63,436 nucleotides of DNA, filler included, from Octopus bimaculoides (GCF_001194135.2; 5 parts of 5 records of this genome joined end to end with filler, not necessarily neighbours in it); one strand, 5' to 3'; counted from the whole stretch's first letter, positions 24,266 to 37,782 are shown. The notes: generated by a model not told the origin, from the sequence alone. Made by a program: numbers and translations.

Positions 24266-24759
24266 AAATCTGATTTGGTTGGGACACTTTTGTAATGTGA
24301 TTGTGATAACAGTAAAACAAAACAAGAAAAACAAAAAAGAAAAAACTCGTAGCCATACAATAACTCATGGAATTTTATAAAAAGCTGGTTCAATTAATTT
24401 ACTAAAATAACTGATTCAAAAGTGAGTAATATTCAGAAGTAATTTCAAAGCATTAAGAATTTTACAATTTCTCTTTAATACCAACATATCAGAGGCCACT
24501 TCTGATTCTATGATCCCAAACCACCCATTCTAAATGTTATTTCTAAATCAGTGATTCTCAACCAGGATCCATGTGAACCATGAGAGCCTATATAAGATTT
24601 TGGAGGGGTCCACGCAGGTAAAATAGTAAATTGGGGATAAGATTTTGTTCTAGATGTATTTGAGTATTGCAAGAAATAGCTAGGTTTCTTTCTCTAACGT
24701 TTTACATACGTGAACGTGTGAAAGAAATAGGAATTTTGAAAGAAGTGTCTATGAAACTA

Positions 24760-25150
24760 GGTGCAGGCGTGGCTATGTGGCAAGAATTTGCTAACCAACT
24801 ACATAGCTCCAGGCTCAGTCCCACTGCGTGGCACCTTGGGCAAGTATCTTCTACTATAGCCTCGGACCGACAAAAGCCTTGTGAGTGGATGTGGTAGACG
24901 GAAACTGAAAAAAAGATCGTCGTATACATACACATATATATTGTGTGTCTTTGTATCTGAGGATGTCTCCTACCACCTCTTGACAACTGGTGTTGCTGTG
25001 TTTACGTCCCCGTAACTTAGTGGTTCGCTAAAAGAGACTGATAGAATAGGTACCAGGCTTAAAAAACAATAAGTACTGGGGTCGATTCATTCGCCTAAAA
25101 AATTTTCAAGGCAGTGCCCCAGCATGGTCGCTGAAACAAATAAAAAATAA
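24760..25150 (+). mobile_element. SINE family B, near full length
   Basis: GGTGCAGGCGTGGCT head through CAGCATGG..GAAACAAATAAAA tail. Confidence 0.9.
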
Positions 25151-25191
25151 ATGATAGACCAGCATTTAAACGTAGAATGGCTATGTGGATC

Positions 25192-25291
25192 NNNNNNNNN
25201 NNNNNNNNNNNNNNNNNNNNNNNNNNNNNNNNNNNTTAATTAATTAANNNNNNNNNNNNNNNNNNNNNNNNNNNNNNNNNNNNNNNNNNNN
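25192..25291. other. Artificial scaffold linker
   Basis: 44 N + TTAATTAATTAA (25236-25247) + 44 N. Confidence 0.97.
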
Positions 25292-25531
25292 TACCACTAC
25301 TGCTGCTGTTGCTGTTACTACGGCAGGACATTGTCCCATAAGCGTGTCACCTGAATTCTCTACAATTCAGTGCAGCATCCGACCATATGTTAGCATCGTC
25401 AAAGGAATCAACAATGTTATGGTCGTCCCACACCACCCACGCTGCACACACGACCCTCCATTCTCGTCGCATCTCATCGCATCCTGCAACGTTCTCTACG
25501 ACCAGCCTTTCACTTTGTAGCACTTTATATG

Positions 25532-25568
<37 letters not shown>

Positions 25569-26653
25569 GCATATGTATGAATATGCGTGTGTCATTGCAA
25601 ATGTGTGTATATATATACATATATATTTATAAATACATATATATATATACATATACNNNNNNNNNNNNNNNNNNNNNNNNNNNNNNNNNNNNNNNNNNNN
25701 NNNNNNNNNNNNNNNNNNNNNNNNNNNNNNNNNNNNNNNNNNNNNNNNNNNNNNNNNNNNNNNNNNNNNNNNNNNNNNNNNNNNNNNNNNNNNNNNNNNN
25801 NNNNNNNNNNNNNNNNNNNNNNNNNNNNNNNNNNNNNNNNNNNNNNNNNNNNNNNNNNNNNNNNNNNNNNNNNNNNNNNNNNNNNNNNNNNNNNNNNNNN
25901 NNNNNNNNNNNNNNNNNNNNNNNNNNNNNNNNNNNNNNNNNNNNNNNNNNNNNNNNNNNNNNNNNNNNNNNNNNNNNNNNNNNNNNNNNNNNNNNNNNNN
26001 NNNNNNNNNNNNNNNNNNNNNNNNNNNNNNNNNNNNNNNNNNNNNNNNNNNNNNNNNNNNNNNNNNNNNNNNNNNNNNNNNNNNNNNNNNNNNNNNNNNN
26101 NNNNNNNNNNNNNNNNNNNNNNNNNNNNNNNNNNNNNNNNNNNNNNNNNNNNNNNNNNNNNNNNNNNNNNNNNNNNNNNNNNNNNNNNNNNNNNNNNNNN
26201 NNNNNNNNNNNNNNNNNNNNNNNNNNNNNNNNNNNNNNNNNNNNNNNNNNNNNNNNNNNNNNNNNNNNNNNNNNNNNNNNNNNNNNNNNNNNNNNNNNNN
26301 NNNNNNNNNNNNNNNNNNNNNNNNNNNNNNNNNNNNNNNNNNNNNNNNNNNNNNNNNNNNNNNNNNNNNNNNNNNNNNNNNNNNNNNNNNNNNNNNNNNN
26401 NNNNNNNNNNNNNNNNNNNNNNNNNNNNNNNNNNNNNNNNNNNNNNNNNNNNNNNNNNNNNNNNNNNNNNNNNNNNNNNNNNNNNNNNNNNNNNNNNNNN
26501 NNNNNNNNNNNNNNNNNNNNNNNNNNNNNNNNNNNNNNNNNNNNNNNNNNNNNNNNNNNNNNNNNNNNNNNNNNNNNNNNNNNNNNNNNNNNNNNNNNNN
26601 NNNNNNNNNNNNNNNNNNNNNNNNNNNNNNNNNNNNNNNNNNNNNNATATATG

Positions 26654-26684
<31 letters not shown>

Positions 26685-26696
26685 GCATATATATCT

Positions 26697-26822
26697 AGGA
26701 ATTTCAACCATGTTTCGTGGTCTGCTACCACAACAGCTCCTTTATAGGATCCAGTTACCTCAAGACATCACCAGGAGGAACCACGTCCGGTTTCGGCCCC
26801 TACTCCTCTACCGTTTTGACGT
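26697..26822 (-). mobile_element. Isolated 3' terminus of the Hero-like family also present at 54066-54705
   Basis: Near-identical reverse complement of 54580-54705; both end ...CATGGTTGAAATTCCT. Confidence 0.85.
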
Positions 26823-27212
26823 ATATGAGATTTGTTACCTTGCAGTTCATATCTGCATTTATTTAGGAGAATTCACTTAAATTTCATATGGGAACCAGTG
26901 TCCAAGTATTTGAAGTTGTTGCTACATATTTCAAATTTATTAACTCCACAGTCCTTCATGAAGAATTCTGAATTATCCACTGATGTGAATGTTGCCCTCC
27001 TGACATGTTTCTTATATGGTTTTCATCAACTAGATTTTTCCTTTTGCGCATTGTATGAGTATTTGTAGATTTGTTTTTATAGGCTGGTCATTTCTGGATT
27101 ATGTGTATTGTTAAATAGAATAGTATTTTCTTTGATTTATTTCTTAGTCATTCACAGGTGTATGATGTCCAGTTTCACGGCCTTTATAATTCCATTTTTT
27201 TAAAATTAATTA

Positions 27213-27546
27213 TCAACGGAACAGCCTGCTCGTGAAATTAACGTGCAAGTGGCTAAGTAATCCACAGACACGTGCACCCATAACGTAGTTCTTGGGGATA
27301 TTCAGCGTGACAGTGTGACAAGGCTGACCCTTCGAATTACAGGCACAACAGAAACAGGAAGTTAGAGTGAGAGAAAGTTGTGGTGAAAGAGTACAGCAGG
27401 GTTCGTCACCATCCCCTGCCGGAGCCTCGTGGAGCTTTTAGGTGTTTTCGCTCAATAAACACTCACAACGCCCGGTCTGGGAATCGAAACCGCGATCCTA
27501 TGACTGCGAGTCCACTGCCCTAACCACTGGGCCATTGCGCCTCCAC
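27213..27546 (-). mobile_element. tRNA-derived SINE family D
   Basis: Minus-strand head GTGGAGGCGCAATGGCCCAGTGGTTAGGGCAG...GGTTTCGATTCCC (A and B boxes); homologous to 46949-47335. Confidence 0.9.
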
Positions 27547-28074
27547 ACAAATTACGAACACCATACCTATGTAATTCTAACGTCTATTTAGCTCTTTCCT
27601 TCTTTTCCTTTCCTTAATTTTTTGCTACTGACGAATACTTTTTTTGAAAACCCAGATTCTTAAAATGAATTTATTGTCTTTCTGTATGAAACGATCGTAT
27701 AGCTATATGAATAAAAATAATTTCAATCCATATTAACATCTAATTTCCTCCATTTACGAAAAATATGATTGAATTTGTTGAACTTTGTTATATAAGTTAA
27801 ATCATATACTTGATATACTTATAAATATATTTACACAGAAAGACAAGACATATACATATATTATAAAACGTATATTATGTTATTATATTATTTAACGAGT
27901 AGACACGATAAAATGAATGTCTGAGAGCTATCGTATAGATTTATGCATAACAGAGTTCTCAAATCTTTTCCTCCGGCAACGTTTTGAAAGTAAATTTACC
28001 TTCAACTATATGTTGTTCAATAACTCGTGTCTGCTCTTCTGTCATAATAAAACAACCGATAAAATTCAGATTAA

Positions 28075-28290
28075 GACGACCAGCTGGCGAAACCGTTAGC
28101 GCACCGAACAAAATGTTTAGCGGCATTTCAACTTGCTTTACGTTCTGAGTTCAAATTTCCCCGAGGTCGACTTTGCTTTTCATCATTTCGAGGGTCACTA
28201 AATAAATATCAATTGAGCACCGGGGTCAATATAATACCACCGAGCTCCCACAAAATTTCAAGTCGTATGGTTATAGGAGAAAGGATTATT
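28075..28290 (+). mobile_element. SINE family A (diverged)
   Basis: CAGCTGGCGAAACCGTTAGC...GTTCTGAGTTCAAAT..CCGAGGTCGACTTTG. Confidence 0.85.
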
Positions 28291-29079
28291 TTAAGTTCAG
28301 ATAATAATAATTATTATTTCGAAGTTCGGCCCTCCATTTATCCTGGAAGTGTTGCCGAAAAGTCGCACACATCTGTTTGGAGTCGAATACCCTAGGCGTA
28401 ATACCATTCGCCAAAGACCAAACGATGGCTTTCTTGTTACGTTGCATCCCTCTCACTCAGGTCCGTCGAACATTTTCGTCTCCTCCTGTATTAGAACGGG
28501 CGCACTAGCTATGATATTGCAGCCTCCGTGATCCGCGATTAAGAACTGGTGCAAGTGAACTATCACCGCGTAAACATCGTTTGCAATACCTTTCCCGGGG
28601 GTGTTCACTAAGGTCTTAAATAACCCCTTTCCATTCTAGTTTCCTCGTTCATGTTTATATATGCTAGAAGCGTTTTTAAACACTCATTCATTCACTAAAG
28701 AGGTCAACAACCCTAAACGACATTTGGTTCGCTAACCTATCAGATTATCGCTCCGAACACAGTTAATCCTTTCACACACACACACACACCCACGAACTCA
28801 CGAGCAAACAGACACACAGACCCAGACACAAACAAACACACACATGACTAAGATAGATGCATAAATGAACATATATATATATATATANNNNNNNNNNNNN
28901 NNNNNNNNNNNNNNNNNNNNNNNNNNNNNNNNNNNNNNNNNNNNNNNNNNNNNNNNNNNNNNNNNNNNNNNNNNNNNNNNNNNNNNNNNNNNNNNNNNNN
29001 NNNNNNNNNNNNNNNNNNNNNNNNNNNNNNNNNNNNNNNNNNNNNNGGATAGATGCATAGATAGAAGGGTGATAGATAA

Positions 29080-29312
29080 GGCGGCGAGCTGGCAGAATCG
29101 TTAGCACGCCGGGCGAAATGCTTAACGGTATTTCGTCTGCCGTTACGTTCTGAGTTCAAATTCCGCCGAAGTCGACTTTGCCTTTCATCCTTTCGGGGTC
29201 GATAAATTAAGTACCAGTTACGCACTGGGGTCGATCTCATCGACTTAATCCGTTTGTCAGTCCTTGTTTGTCCCCTGTAGGTTTAGCCCCTTGTGGTCAA
29301 TAAAGAAATAAG
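29080..29312 (+). mobile_element. SINE family A, full length
   Basis: GGCGGCGAGCTGGCAGAA head, B box GAGTTCAAATTCC, AATAAAGAAATAAG tail. Confidence 0.92.
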
Positions 29313-29322
29313 AAGGGTAAAT

Positions 29323-29500
29323 AGGCACAAGGCCTGAAATTTTGGGTAAGATGGGGCCAGTCGATTAGATCGACGCCAGTACGCAAATGGCACTAAATTT
29401 ATCGACCCTGAAAGGATGAAAGGCAAAGTCGACTTCGGCGGAATTTGAACTCAGTATTGACAGACGAAGTACCACTAAGCATTTCGCCCGGCGTGCTAAC
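29323..29500 (-). mobile_element. SINE family A (reverse, CAGGCCTTGTG-tail subtype)
   Basis: Reverse complement of family A body. Confidence 0.85.
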
Positions 29501-29503
29501 GCT

Positions 29504-29738
29504 TCTTATTTCTTTACTGCCTACAAGGGGCAAAACACAGAGGGGACAAACAAGGACAGACAAACGGATTAAGCCGATTACATCGACCCCAGTGTGTAAC
29601 TGGTACTTAATTTATCGACCCCCGAAAGGACGAAAAGCAAAGTCGATCTCGACGGAATTTGAACTCAGAACGTAGCGGCAGACGAAATACCGCTAAGCAT
29701 TTCGTCCGGCGTGCTGACGTTTCTGCCAGTTCACCGCC
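29504..29738 (-). mobile_element. SINE family A (reverse, full length)
   Basis: Reverse complement of 29080-29312 with scattered substitutions. Confidence 0.92.
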
Positions 29739-30031
29739 CTGACTCCCAAAACTATATATTGGGAGGTAGGACGTTAGGGTGTTTATATGTGCATGTGTGT
29801 GTATGTGCACGTGCGTGTAAGTGTGTGTGTGTGTGTGTGTGCATGTGCGTGTGTGTGATTGCATGTACAACAGTGCCAATTCTTCTAAGGATACATGCTG
29901 ACCAAGGACATAAAAATGAATGAAAAGAGCGAATCTGATTTTAAGATACATCTTTCATCTTTATGAAGGACAGTTCGCACGAAATACATACAAGCTACAT
30001 ATGCATGCATGATATACATACACATATATGA

Positions 30032-30032
<1 letters not shown>

Positions 30033-30130
<98 letters not shown>

Positions 30131-30170
30131 CACACACACACATATATATATATATATACATATATATATA
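30033..30170. repeat. Long (TA)n microsatellite
   Basis: About 90 bp uninterrupted TA plus flanking CA/TA. Confidence 0.95.
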
Positions 30171-30387
30171 TTAAATGTATAATTCACATCAAGTACGTGG
30201 TTTAATATTTCAAATTGCCTGATCTAGCATACGTATGAAGAACAGCTCCGTAATACGCAAACGATATAAACGTATACATTTACATATGTACATAAATACG
30301 TATGAATGTGTGTATGTGTGTGCGTGTGTGTGTGTGTAATTATTCATAGACATATGTACAGACACACACACACACACACATACACGC

Positions 30388-30419
<32 letters not shown>

Positions 30420-30486
30420 GGATGTGTATTCATAAAAATGCACTTACACGCAAACTCAAACACACACACATATATATACACACACA

Positions 30487-30517
<31 letters not shown>

Positions 30518-31139
30518 GCATACATATATGCGCACTCGTGTCTAATAATGAATCATTTCTGCAAGACAATGTCTTACAATACCGCCAGTTACAAGCAAGA
30601 CAACGCACTGTGAGATAAACAATATCCAGAGGTGAATGATAAAATAAAAAAATAAATAAATAAAAAATCAGTAAATAAATAAAATAAAATAAAAACAAAA
30701 ATAAAGATAAAACAAAAAAAAAAATTAAAAAAATTAATACCGAAGGAGAAAATACGAGAAACAATAAAAATGTTGTATTCGGCTGTTTACTTGATATTCT
30801 GCTGTGTTTGACATATAGTTAAGATACCAAGTAAACAACATGAGTTTGAAATAAAAAAATTAAATGCACAGAGATATAGAGAGATAGAAAAACTGATATA
30901 GCTTATGGAAAATCATTGCTCTCCTCAATCGTCATATTTTTATTATGATACACACAAACACAGGCACACGCACACACGCACACACACACGCATACTTATA
31001 CATACAAATAGAAGTATACATATACACCTCTATAAGGTTTGACTCATAAACATAATTTTATATATATATATAATTATATATATATGTATGCATGTATGTA
31101 TACATACAAGTATATATATGTATGAGTGTGTGTATATAG

Positions 31140-31175
<36 letters not shown>

Positions 31176-31275
31176 NNNNNNNNNNNNNNNNNNNNNNNNN
31201 NNNNNNNNNNNNNNNNNNNTTAATTAATTAANNNNNNNNNNNNNNNNNNNNNNNNNNNNNNNNNNNNNNNNNNNN
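31176..31275. other. Artificial scaffold linker
   Basis: 44 N + TTAATTAATTAA (31220-31231) + 44 N. Confidence 0.97.
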
Positions 31276-31624
31276 CCATGTGTATGTGTGTGATGGGTGT
31301 ATATATGTATAGATATCTGTATGTATGTATATATATATGTATATATGTGTAAATATTACATGTACATCTATATATATATACACCTGCACATATGTATACA
31401 TATACATGTATGCATATATATCTATACATATACGTGTACATATACATCTATATATATATATACATATACATCTCTCTATCTCTCTCTTTCTCTCTCTCTG
31501 AAAGTATCTGTCATTACAGTATCGAAATGTGATTGTTTCAGTTAGTGGAATAGTTTCATTTTTAAAGTGAAAGTATTTGACATTAGTGTTTTTGTTTCAC
31601 TTTTGACACGTAATACTTAAATAG

Positions 31625-31820
31625 TGGAGGAAATATTATGTCGCCGTGGGCTCGAACTCTGCAAGAAGTTAAACATTTTTTGACTAAAACACAACCGGAA
31701 CCCTAAGTAAGGCATCTGTAAAATTTGAATGAAATTGGTTGCGTAGTTCTCGAGTTTTAGGGATACACACACACACACAGACAGACAGACAGACACATTC
31801 TCATGTTTATATATATAGAT
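31625..31820 (+). mobile_element. Possible non-autonomous Helitron-like element (Lep1/DINE-type architecture)
   Basis: AAATTTGAATGAAATTGG...GAGTTTT, internal (CA)/(GACA)n microsatellite, ending TTTATATATATAGAT; family call from recalled architecture. Confidence 0.45.
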
Positions 31821-34429
31821 AATTCAAACTAGTTTATTTGGTATGTAGTCCACTGAGACGCAGTGATGTAAATGATAATGCACTGCCTTTCACATTTTAA
31901 AGAAAACTACTCTGGAAACTATGAAGGAAAAAGAATATCAGACGATGGAAATGGCACTTTATGTATGATAAACTCATAAATTCTGCAATCGTTGAAGTAG
32001 CATCTCTAAACGACGTTTCGATACATCTGAAGGAATCGGGTGAGAAGATGTGTTTTAGTTTCTAAGGAACTCGATAATCATTTTGTTTGAAAGTAGTCAC
32101 ATGAAATAGATGTTTCCTGCGTTTTCTCTGAGCTTAATTTTCGAGGAAACGTATATGATTGGTTGTAATTTTAGTTACGGATGACAGATTTCGACGTACG
32201 TACAATATCGTTTGATATACATACGTACAATGAGATTTGATATGAGGTTGGAAAGAAAAATGTTATCAGCTTGTTTGTTTATCGGTGCAATAGAACAATT
32301 TCTGAATTAAGACGACATTATCGGTCCGGACATTTGAAGATTCTAAGCAATGATGCAACAGATAGCACTGATGCGATAACTACGCAGGAGAGAGAATTCT
32401 CAAAATTCCTCCCATATTTCAATTCAAACCGAGAATATCGCTAAGGAATAGTATCAAACCGAAAGGAACAACGTTTGCTGTTCAGTTAAATGAAAGATCT
32501 ATTTATCAATAACTACATATATATTTGAATTTATATATGTATACACATATATACGCACATAGATGCACATATATATGTGCGTGTGTGTACGGGCGCACAC
32601 GCGGATACCTGTATGTAGGTAATAGCGTTAATTTTGCTAAAGCTTTAAACATTTTGTTCCGTTTTTGTAATTGTGAAATTTTTTCGCCATGAACGGTTTG
32701 TGTTTTTAAACGGAATGTATTTTTCTGATGCTATATTTATTCCTGAATGATGTGTAAATAAATTTTGATTTAAGCCTCTTAATGAATTCTTTATAATGAA
32801 ACATATATTGACGAAGATAAATATGTTCATTTGAATGTATACGTTTTTGCGTCGTAACTCCTTTATTATTATTATTCATATATATATATGTATATATGTC
32901 TCTCTTTATGTGAGTATGTGTGTGTGCGCGTGTGCGTGTGATTGTACGTAAGTATCCGTGTATGCATGTGCTCATGTGTTTATTGTCTTTTTTTATTATG
33001 TATACATTTATTATGTTGCATACCAATATTATTTTACCAATTATTAAATTCATTTCGATTGTACAATGAGAAGCAAAATCAAAAACATTTCCTAAATATT
33101 TCCCTCACATTGATACCACGTTTATCTATATTTTGCGTTGTGAAAGGATAATATTGTCAGATNNNNNNNNNNNNNNNNNNNNNNNNNNNNNNNNNTATAT
33201 ATTTATAGATATAGATATATATATATATGTATATATGTCTCTCTTTATGTGAGTATGTGTGTGTGCGCGTGTGCGTGTGATTGTACGTAAGTATCCGTGT
33301 ATGCATGTGCTCATGTGTTTATTGTCTTTTTTTATTATGTATACATTTATTATGTTGCATACCAATATTATTTTACCAATTATTAAATTCATTTCGATTG
33401 TACAATGAGAAGCAAAATCAAAAACATTTCCTAAATATTTCCCTCACATTGATACCACGTTTATCTATATTTTGCGTTGTGAAAGGATAATATTGTCAGA
33501 TTAAAAAAATAAAAATTCATAGGCTACATACCCTTTATTGCACATAACCATGGAGATAAAATTTGCCAAGTTAAACACAATATAAGATTAAAGATTATCT
33601 GAGGAAACTAAGCTCATCTTCCTGACAGCTAGATTTTATGATAGTCTTCAGGATAACAAATTCTTCTGTTAAGACCCTGAAAAGCAATAATCTTTGTACA
33701 TAAGAAATAAGTTGAGATGCAGAGAAACAAAATAGATTATAGTGAAGATTTTAATCTCCTAGGGTTAGATTCATCAATCAATTCAAGATGAAGTGTTACG
33801 CTATAAGGGTAAATTTTCAATGTTTCCAGTGAATAAATATTGTTGCAAGCAAATAAATATAAGCTTTAATCCTAAGAAATATTTCACGTTTGGGGAAGTA
33901 CTTATAAATTTATAAATTTACCGAGAGTGTTAAATATGCAAATAATAATGATAAGGCAGAAGGAATTTTATACCGTTTGTTTTGAGAATTAATTTGTGAA
34001 ACTATATTTCATTCTACTTGGCAGCGAAGAATTAAACGGCAAAACAAATAAAAAGAAAACATCAATTATAAACTATAAACGAAAGAAGAAAACATAACAC
34101 AAGAATACACAAATGTATCTTATACGCGCACATATATAAACATACTCACACACACTCTCGGGCAGGCATATTTATATGCACCTGTGCGCGTTTGTATTTA
34201 TGTAAATGTATGTTTATGTGTATGTGTGTCTGTGTGCGAGTTATTGCGCATATATTTACGCGTGTGTCTATACCTATACCTGATTCTCTGAACCGATGTG
34301 GACAAAGTTATGAGGTATGCAGAGGTAAATTGCGTCAAATAATATTCATATAGATTCTGCGTGGTCGAAGGTAATTATTTAATTTGCACCTGAATGTGAA
34401 CTCAAGAATGCTGTCACTACTGCTATTGC

Positions 34430-34750
34430 CACTGATGGTGTTACTGCTACACCTGCTGACGCTGATGATCCGCCCCTTTCCTCCTCCTCCTCCCGTGATT
34501 CTTCTCCCCGTCCTCCTCCTCCCAGTCATCCTCCTCCCCGTCCTCCCCGTCCTCCTCGTTCTCGACCTCCTCCCCTTCCTCCCCGTGCTCCACCTCCCAG
34601 TCATCCTCGTCCCCGTCCTCCCCGTCCTTCTCGTCCTCGACCCCCTCCACTTCCTCCTCCTCTTCCTCCTCCTCATCTTCTTCCTCCTCCTCCTCCTCCT
34701 ACTCCTCCCCCTACTACCACTACTGCCACTTCTGCTGCTGCTGCTGCCAA

Positions 34751-34783
<33 letters not shown>

Positions 34784-34844
34784 AACTACTACTACTACTA
34801 CTACTACTGCTGCTTCTGCGACTACTACTGCTGCTGCTTCTGCG

Positions 34845-34892
<48 letters not shown>

Positions 34893-34982
34893 CCTACTCC
34901 TACTCCTACTACTACTACTACTGCTACTACTACTACTACTACTGCTACTGCTGCTGCTGCTGCGACTACAACAACAACAACA

Positions 34983-35013
<31 letters not shown>

Positions 35014-35128
35014 ATACTACTACTACTACCACTGCTACAGCTGCTGCTGCTGCGACTACTACTACTACTACAACTACTACAACTACTACTTCTACTACTA
35101 CTGCTGCTGCTACTACTATTACTACTAT

Positions 35129-35163
<35 letters not shown>

Positions 35164-35305
35164 TTACTACTACAGCTACTACAACTACTACAACTAGTAC
35201 TGCTACTACTACTGCTGCTGATGCTGTTAATACTACTACTACTACTACTACTAATGCTGCTGCTACTACTACTACTACTACAACTACTACTACTACTGCT
35301 GCTGT

Positions 35306-35343
<38 letters not shown>

Positions 35344-35370
35344 TTACTACTGCTACTACTACTACTACTG
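34430..35370. repeat. ~1-kb compound trinucleotide tract: (TCC/TCG)n then (ACT/GCT/ACA)n, with an internal 75-bp tandem duplication
   Basis: Direct reading; CCCAGTCATC recurs at 34521 and 34596. Confidence 0.9.
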
Positions 35371-35831
35371 GTCGTAGTGACAATTGGAATCAGTCCTATT
35401 ATACCCTGTCACCTGATATAACCTTTTTAATGAAAATTTAATATTGCTTGTGAGGTGTTAATCATTGCAGGATCTTGCCGAAGGAGAACGAAAGCCTAAA
35501 CCAAATCCTTCGTACGAATTAGACAATTTCAAGTAACATTTTCAATAATTTTAATATTTAAACTGCATCGAATGTACGCTCTACTTCACAATGTATATGA
35601 ATAATTCAATGCGTATCTCATTTGTTTATATCAAGAGGAAGGATACAGACTGAAATTCATATTAACATGATTGTTGTCGTACGAACATATGCTAACCTTT
35701 GAATCAATATTGATCGATGACGGAGAGATTGTCAAAAAAGTTTAGTGATGTTACTAGGCGCATCAACATTCATCTAAGTACCCATTTCGCTATTTTATGA
35801 CGACCATTCCTAAGTCACCATCCATTTAGAT

Positions 35832-36171
35832 CAGAGGTTCTTAAATCTCTTGGGCCACCGCCACCTTCCCCCACCATAGCCACATAATACCCTCTGTGCC
35901 CCCCTATTTTTATGCATAAATAAATAAATATTTTATATTTTACTAATTTATACATACTATGAATCACTTGATATTTAAAATAATATTATAACATTTGTAT
36001 ACAACACTATAAAGATATTATGATAAATTCATAGCGTCCCCCAATCCACTGGTTTCCTTCCAGCGTCTCCTTTTTCTCTTTCGCCACTAACCGCACCCTA
36101 CGGCACCAGCACCCTACTGGACCGCCTCAACGCCCACCAGGAGTTGGTAGCGCCCACTTTGAGAACTTATG
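35832..36171. mobile_element. hAT (Charlie-like) MITE with 8-bp TSD
   Basis: Degenerate TIRs CAGAGGTTCTTAAA / TTTGAGAACTTATG; TSD ATTTAGAT (35824-35831) / ATTTAGAC (36172-36179). Confidence 0.75.
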
Positions 36172-37563
36172 ATTTAGACTATGTCAGTCTGAAGAAACAC
36201 TCATGAAATTTTGTACTTATGCATTATTTAATGTCTTGTTATAAATTAATATATTCATATAGAAATCGTAAATTGGATATAATTAAAATCCGAAACGAAA
36301 TACATTAAATTTAATGTTAGGGCTTTAAATTGAACCTTCTAATATTGTGACACACAGATTTGGTTCAGAAGAGTTAACGGAGGGTGGTTTGGTCTCTATC
36401 TTTGTCAGGTGATCAATCAAGGATTGCTCGAGTAATAACATCTATGTAACTAAATCAGTCCAATACTTTATTGAAAACAATTGCAAGCCATCATTATCTC
36501 TGTGAATTTTCGATATCACTGAGTTAAGATATAGTCACATTAAATGGAACACGAAATTACATATTTCACTGTTGGCAATATTTGAAATCAGTTTGTGTGT
36601 ATTCCAACATCAATCTCATTTTTGTTAACCTTGTTCATCTTTAACTGCAAACGGGTTGAGTTATTTCATCTGGATCACTAACTACTTATTGATCTGTCTT
36701 TGTTTTGATATTCGGCTATACAAACTTTCACACGCATACACATAAACTATACATATATGGGTATGTGTGTGCGTGTGTGTGTGAGTGTGTGTGTGTGAGA
36801 GAGTGAGTGTGAGCGTGCGTGTGTGTGTATGTGTATGTGTATGTGAGTGTGCCTGCACTTCCTGGCATTACCCAAAATCAATCAACATAGGTGAAAATAG
36901 GGACGAAACAAAAACCGATTTGAAGATAACCAGTTTGTTTATAAATCGTTATACATATAAAAATGTGTTTATGTCTGTATTCTGTGTTTGTATGCGTATG
37001 TAAATGTACATTTCCAGCCAACCATTCATCTTTTTACGGGAGGGTGGAGGTGCTTCAATCTTCGGGGCCCTCATCCATAGGTTCCTTTCAAAAGCAATAG
37101 TCTTATCAATAGCGGATAATTTGTATGGATTTAGTGAAAGACTGACAGCTCATCGAGAAGCAAATGAATTTTTAAAAAATGGTACAAATGGTCTTGAGTA
37201 GTCATTTATCCGAAGTATTTAATAAATACACCATTTGCATCGATCTTTGCTTCAAGATGAGGTCTGAAGCTTTGAAATGACCAAATCAGATTACCAAGCT
37301 TCTTACCACACACCCACGTTAATATCACGAGAATCCTTAAACATGGAAGAGAATGTTAAAATATGTTCTTTTGAGAGAGTATCTCGATATACATATCAAT
37401 CTTTTGATACTAACACATCAATATTGGCCTTTCTTCTTCTATTTAAAATGGCTGTTCTACTCAATAATTACATGCTGGTATTCATAGGTTTCGAAATACA
37501 TTTTAATTCACGTAAAAAATATATGTATGTATGTACACACACACACACACACACACACACTCA

Positions 37564-37598
<35 letters not shown>

Positions 37599-37622
37599 GC
37601 ACACACACGTATATATGTATAT

Positions 37623-37782
37623 CAGGAGTGGCTGCGTGGTAAGTAGCTTGCTTACCAACTACATGGTTATGAATTCATTTCCACAGCGTTGCACCTTGGG
37701 CAAGTGCCTTCTAATATAGCCTCGGGCCGACCAAAGCCTTGTGAGTGGATTTGGTAGACGGAAACTGAAAGAAGACTGTCGT
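37623..37782 (+). mobile_element. SINE family B head, truncated by gap
   Basis: CAGGAGTGGCTGCGTGG...GCACCTTGGGCAAGTG...GGAAACTGAAAGAAG. Confidence 0.9.

Noticed and set aside
32860-33501. ~300-bp direct duplication (32860-33162 vs about 33215-33501)
   Set aside because: Identical copies on either side of a small N gap: overlapping contig ends, not a real tandem repeat.
34384-35421. 345-aa poly-Leu ORF (+) and 236-aa poly-Val ORF (-)
   Set aside because: By-products of (CTA/CTG)n repeats that lack stops in those frames; no splice or homology support.
36185-36215. CTGAAGA...GAAA as a hammerhead
   Set aside because: No stem II or stem I pairing.
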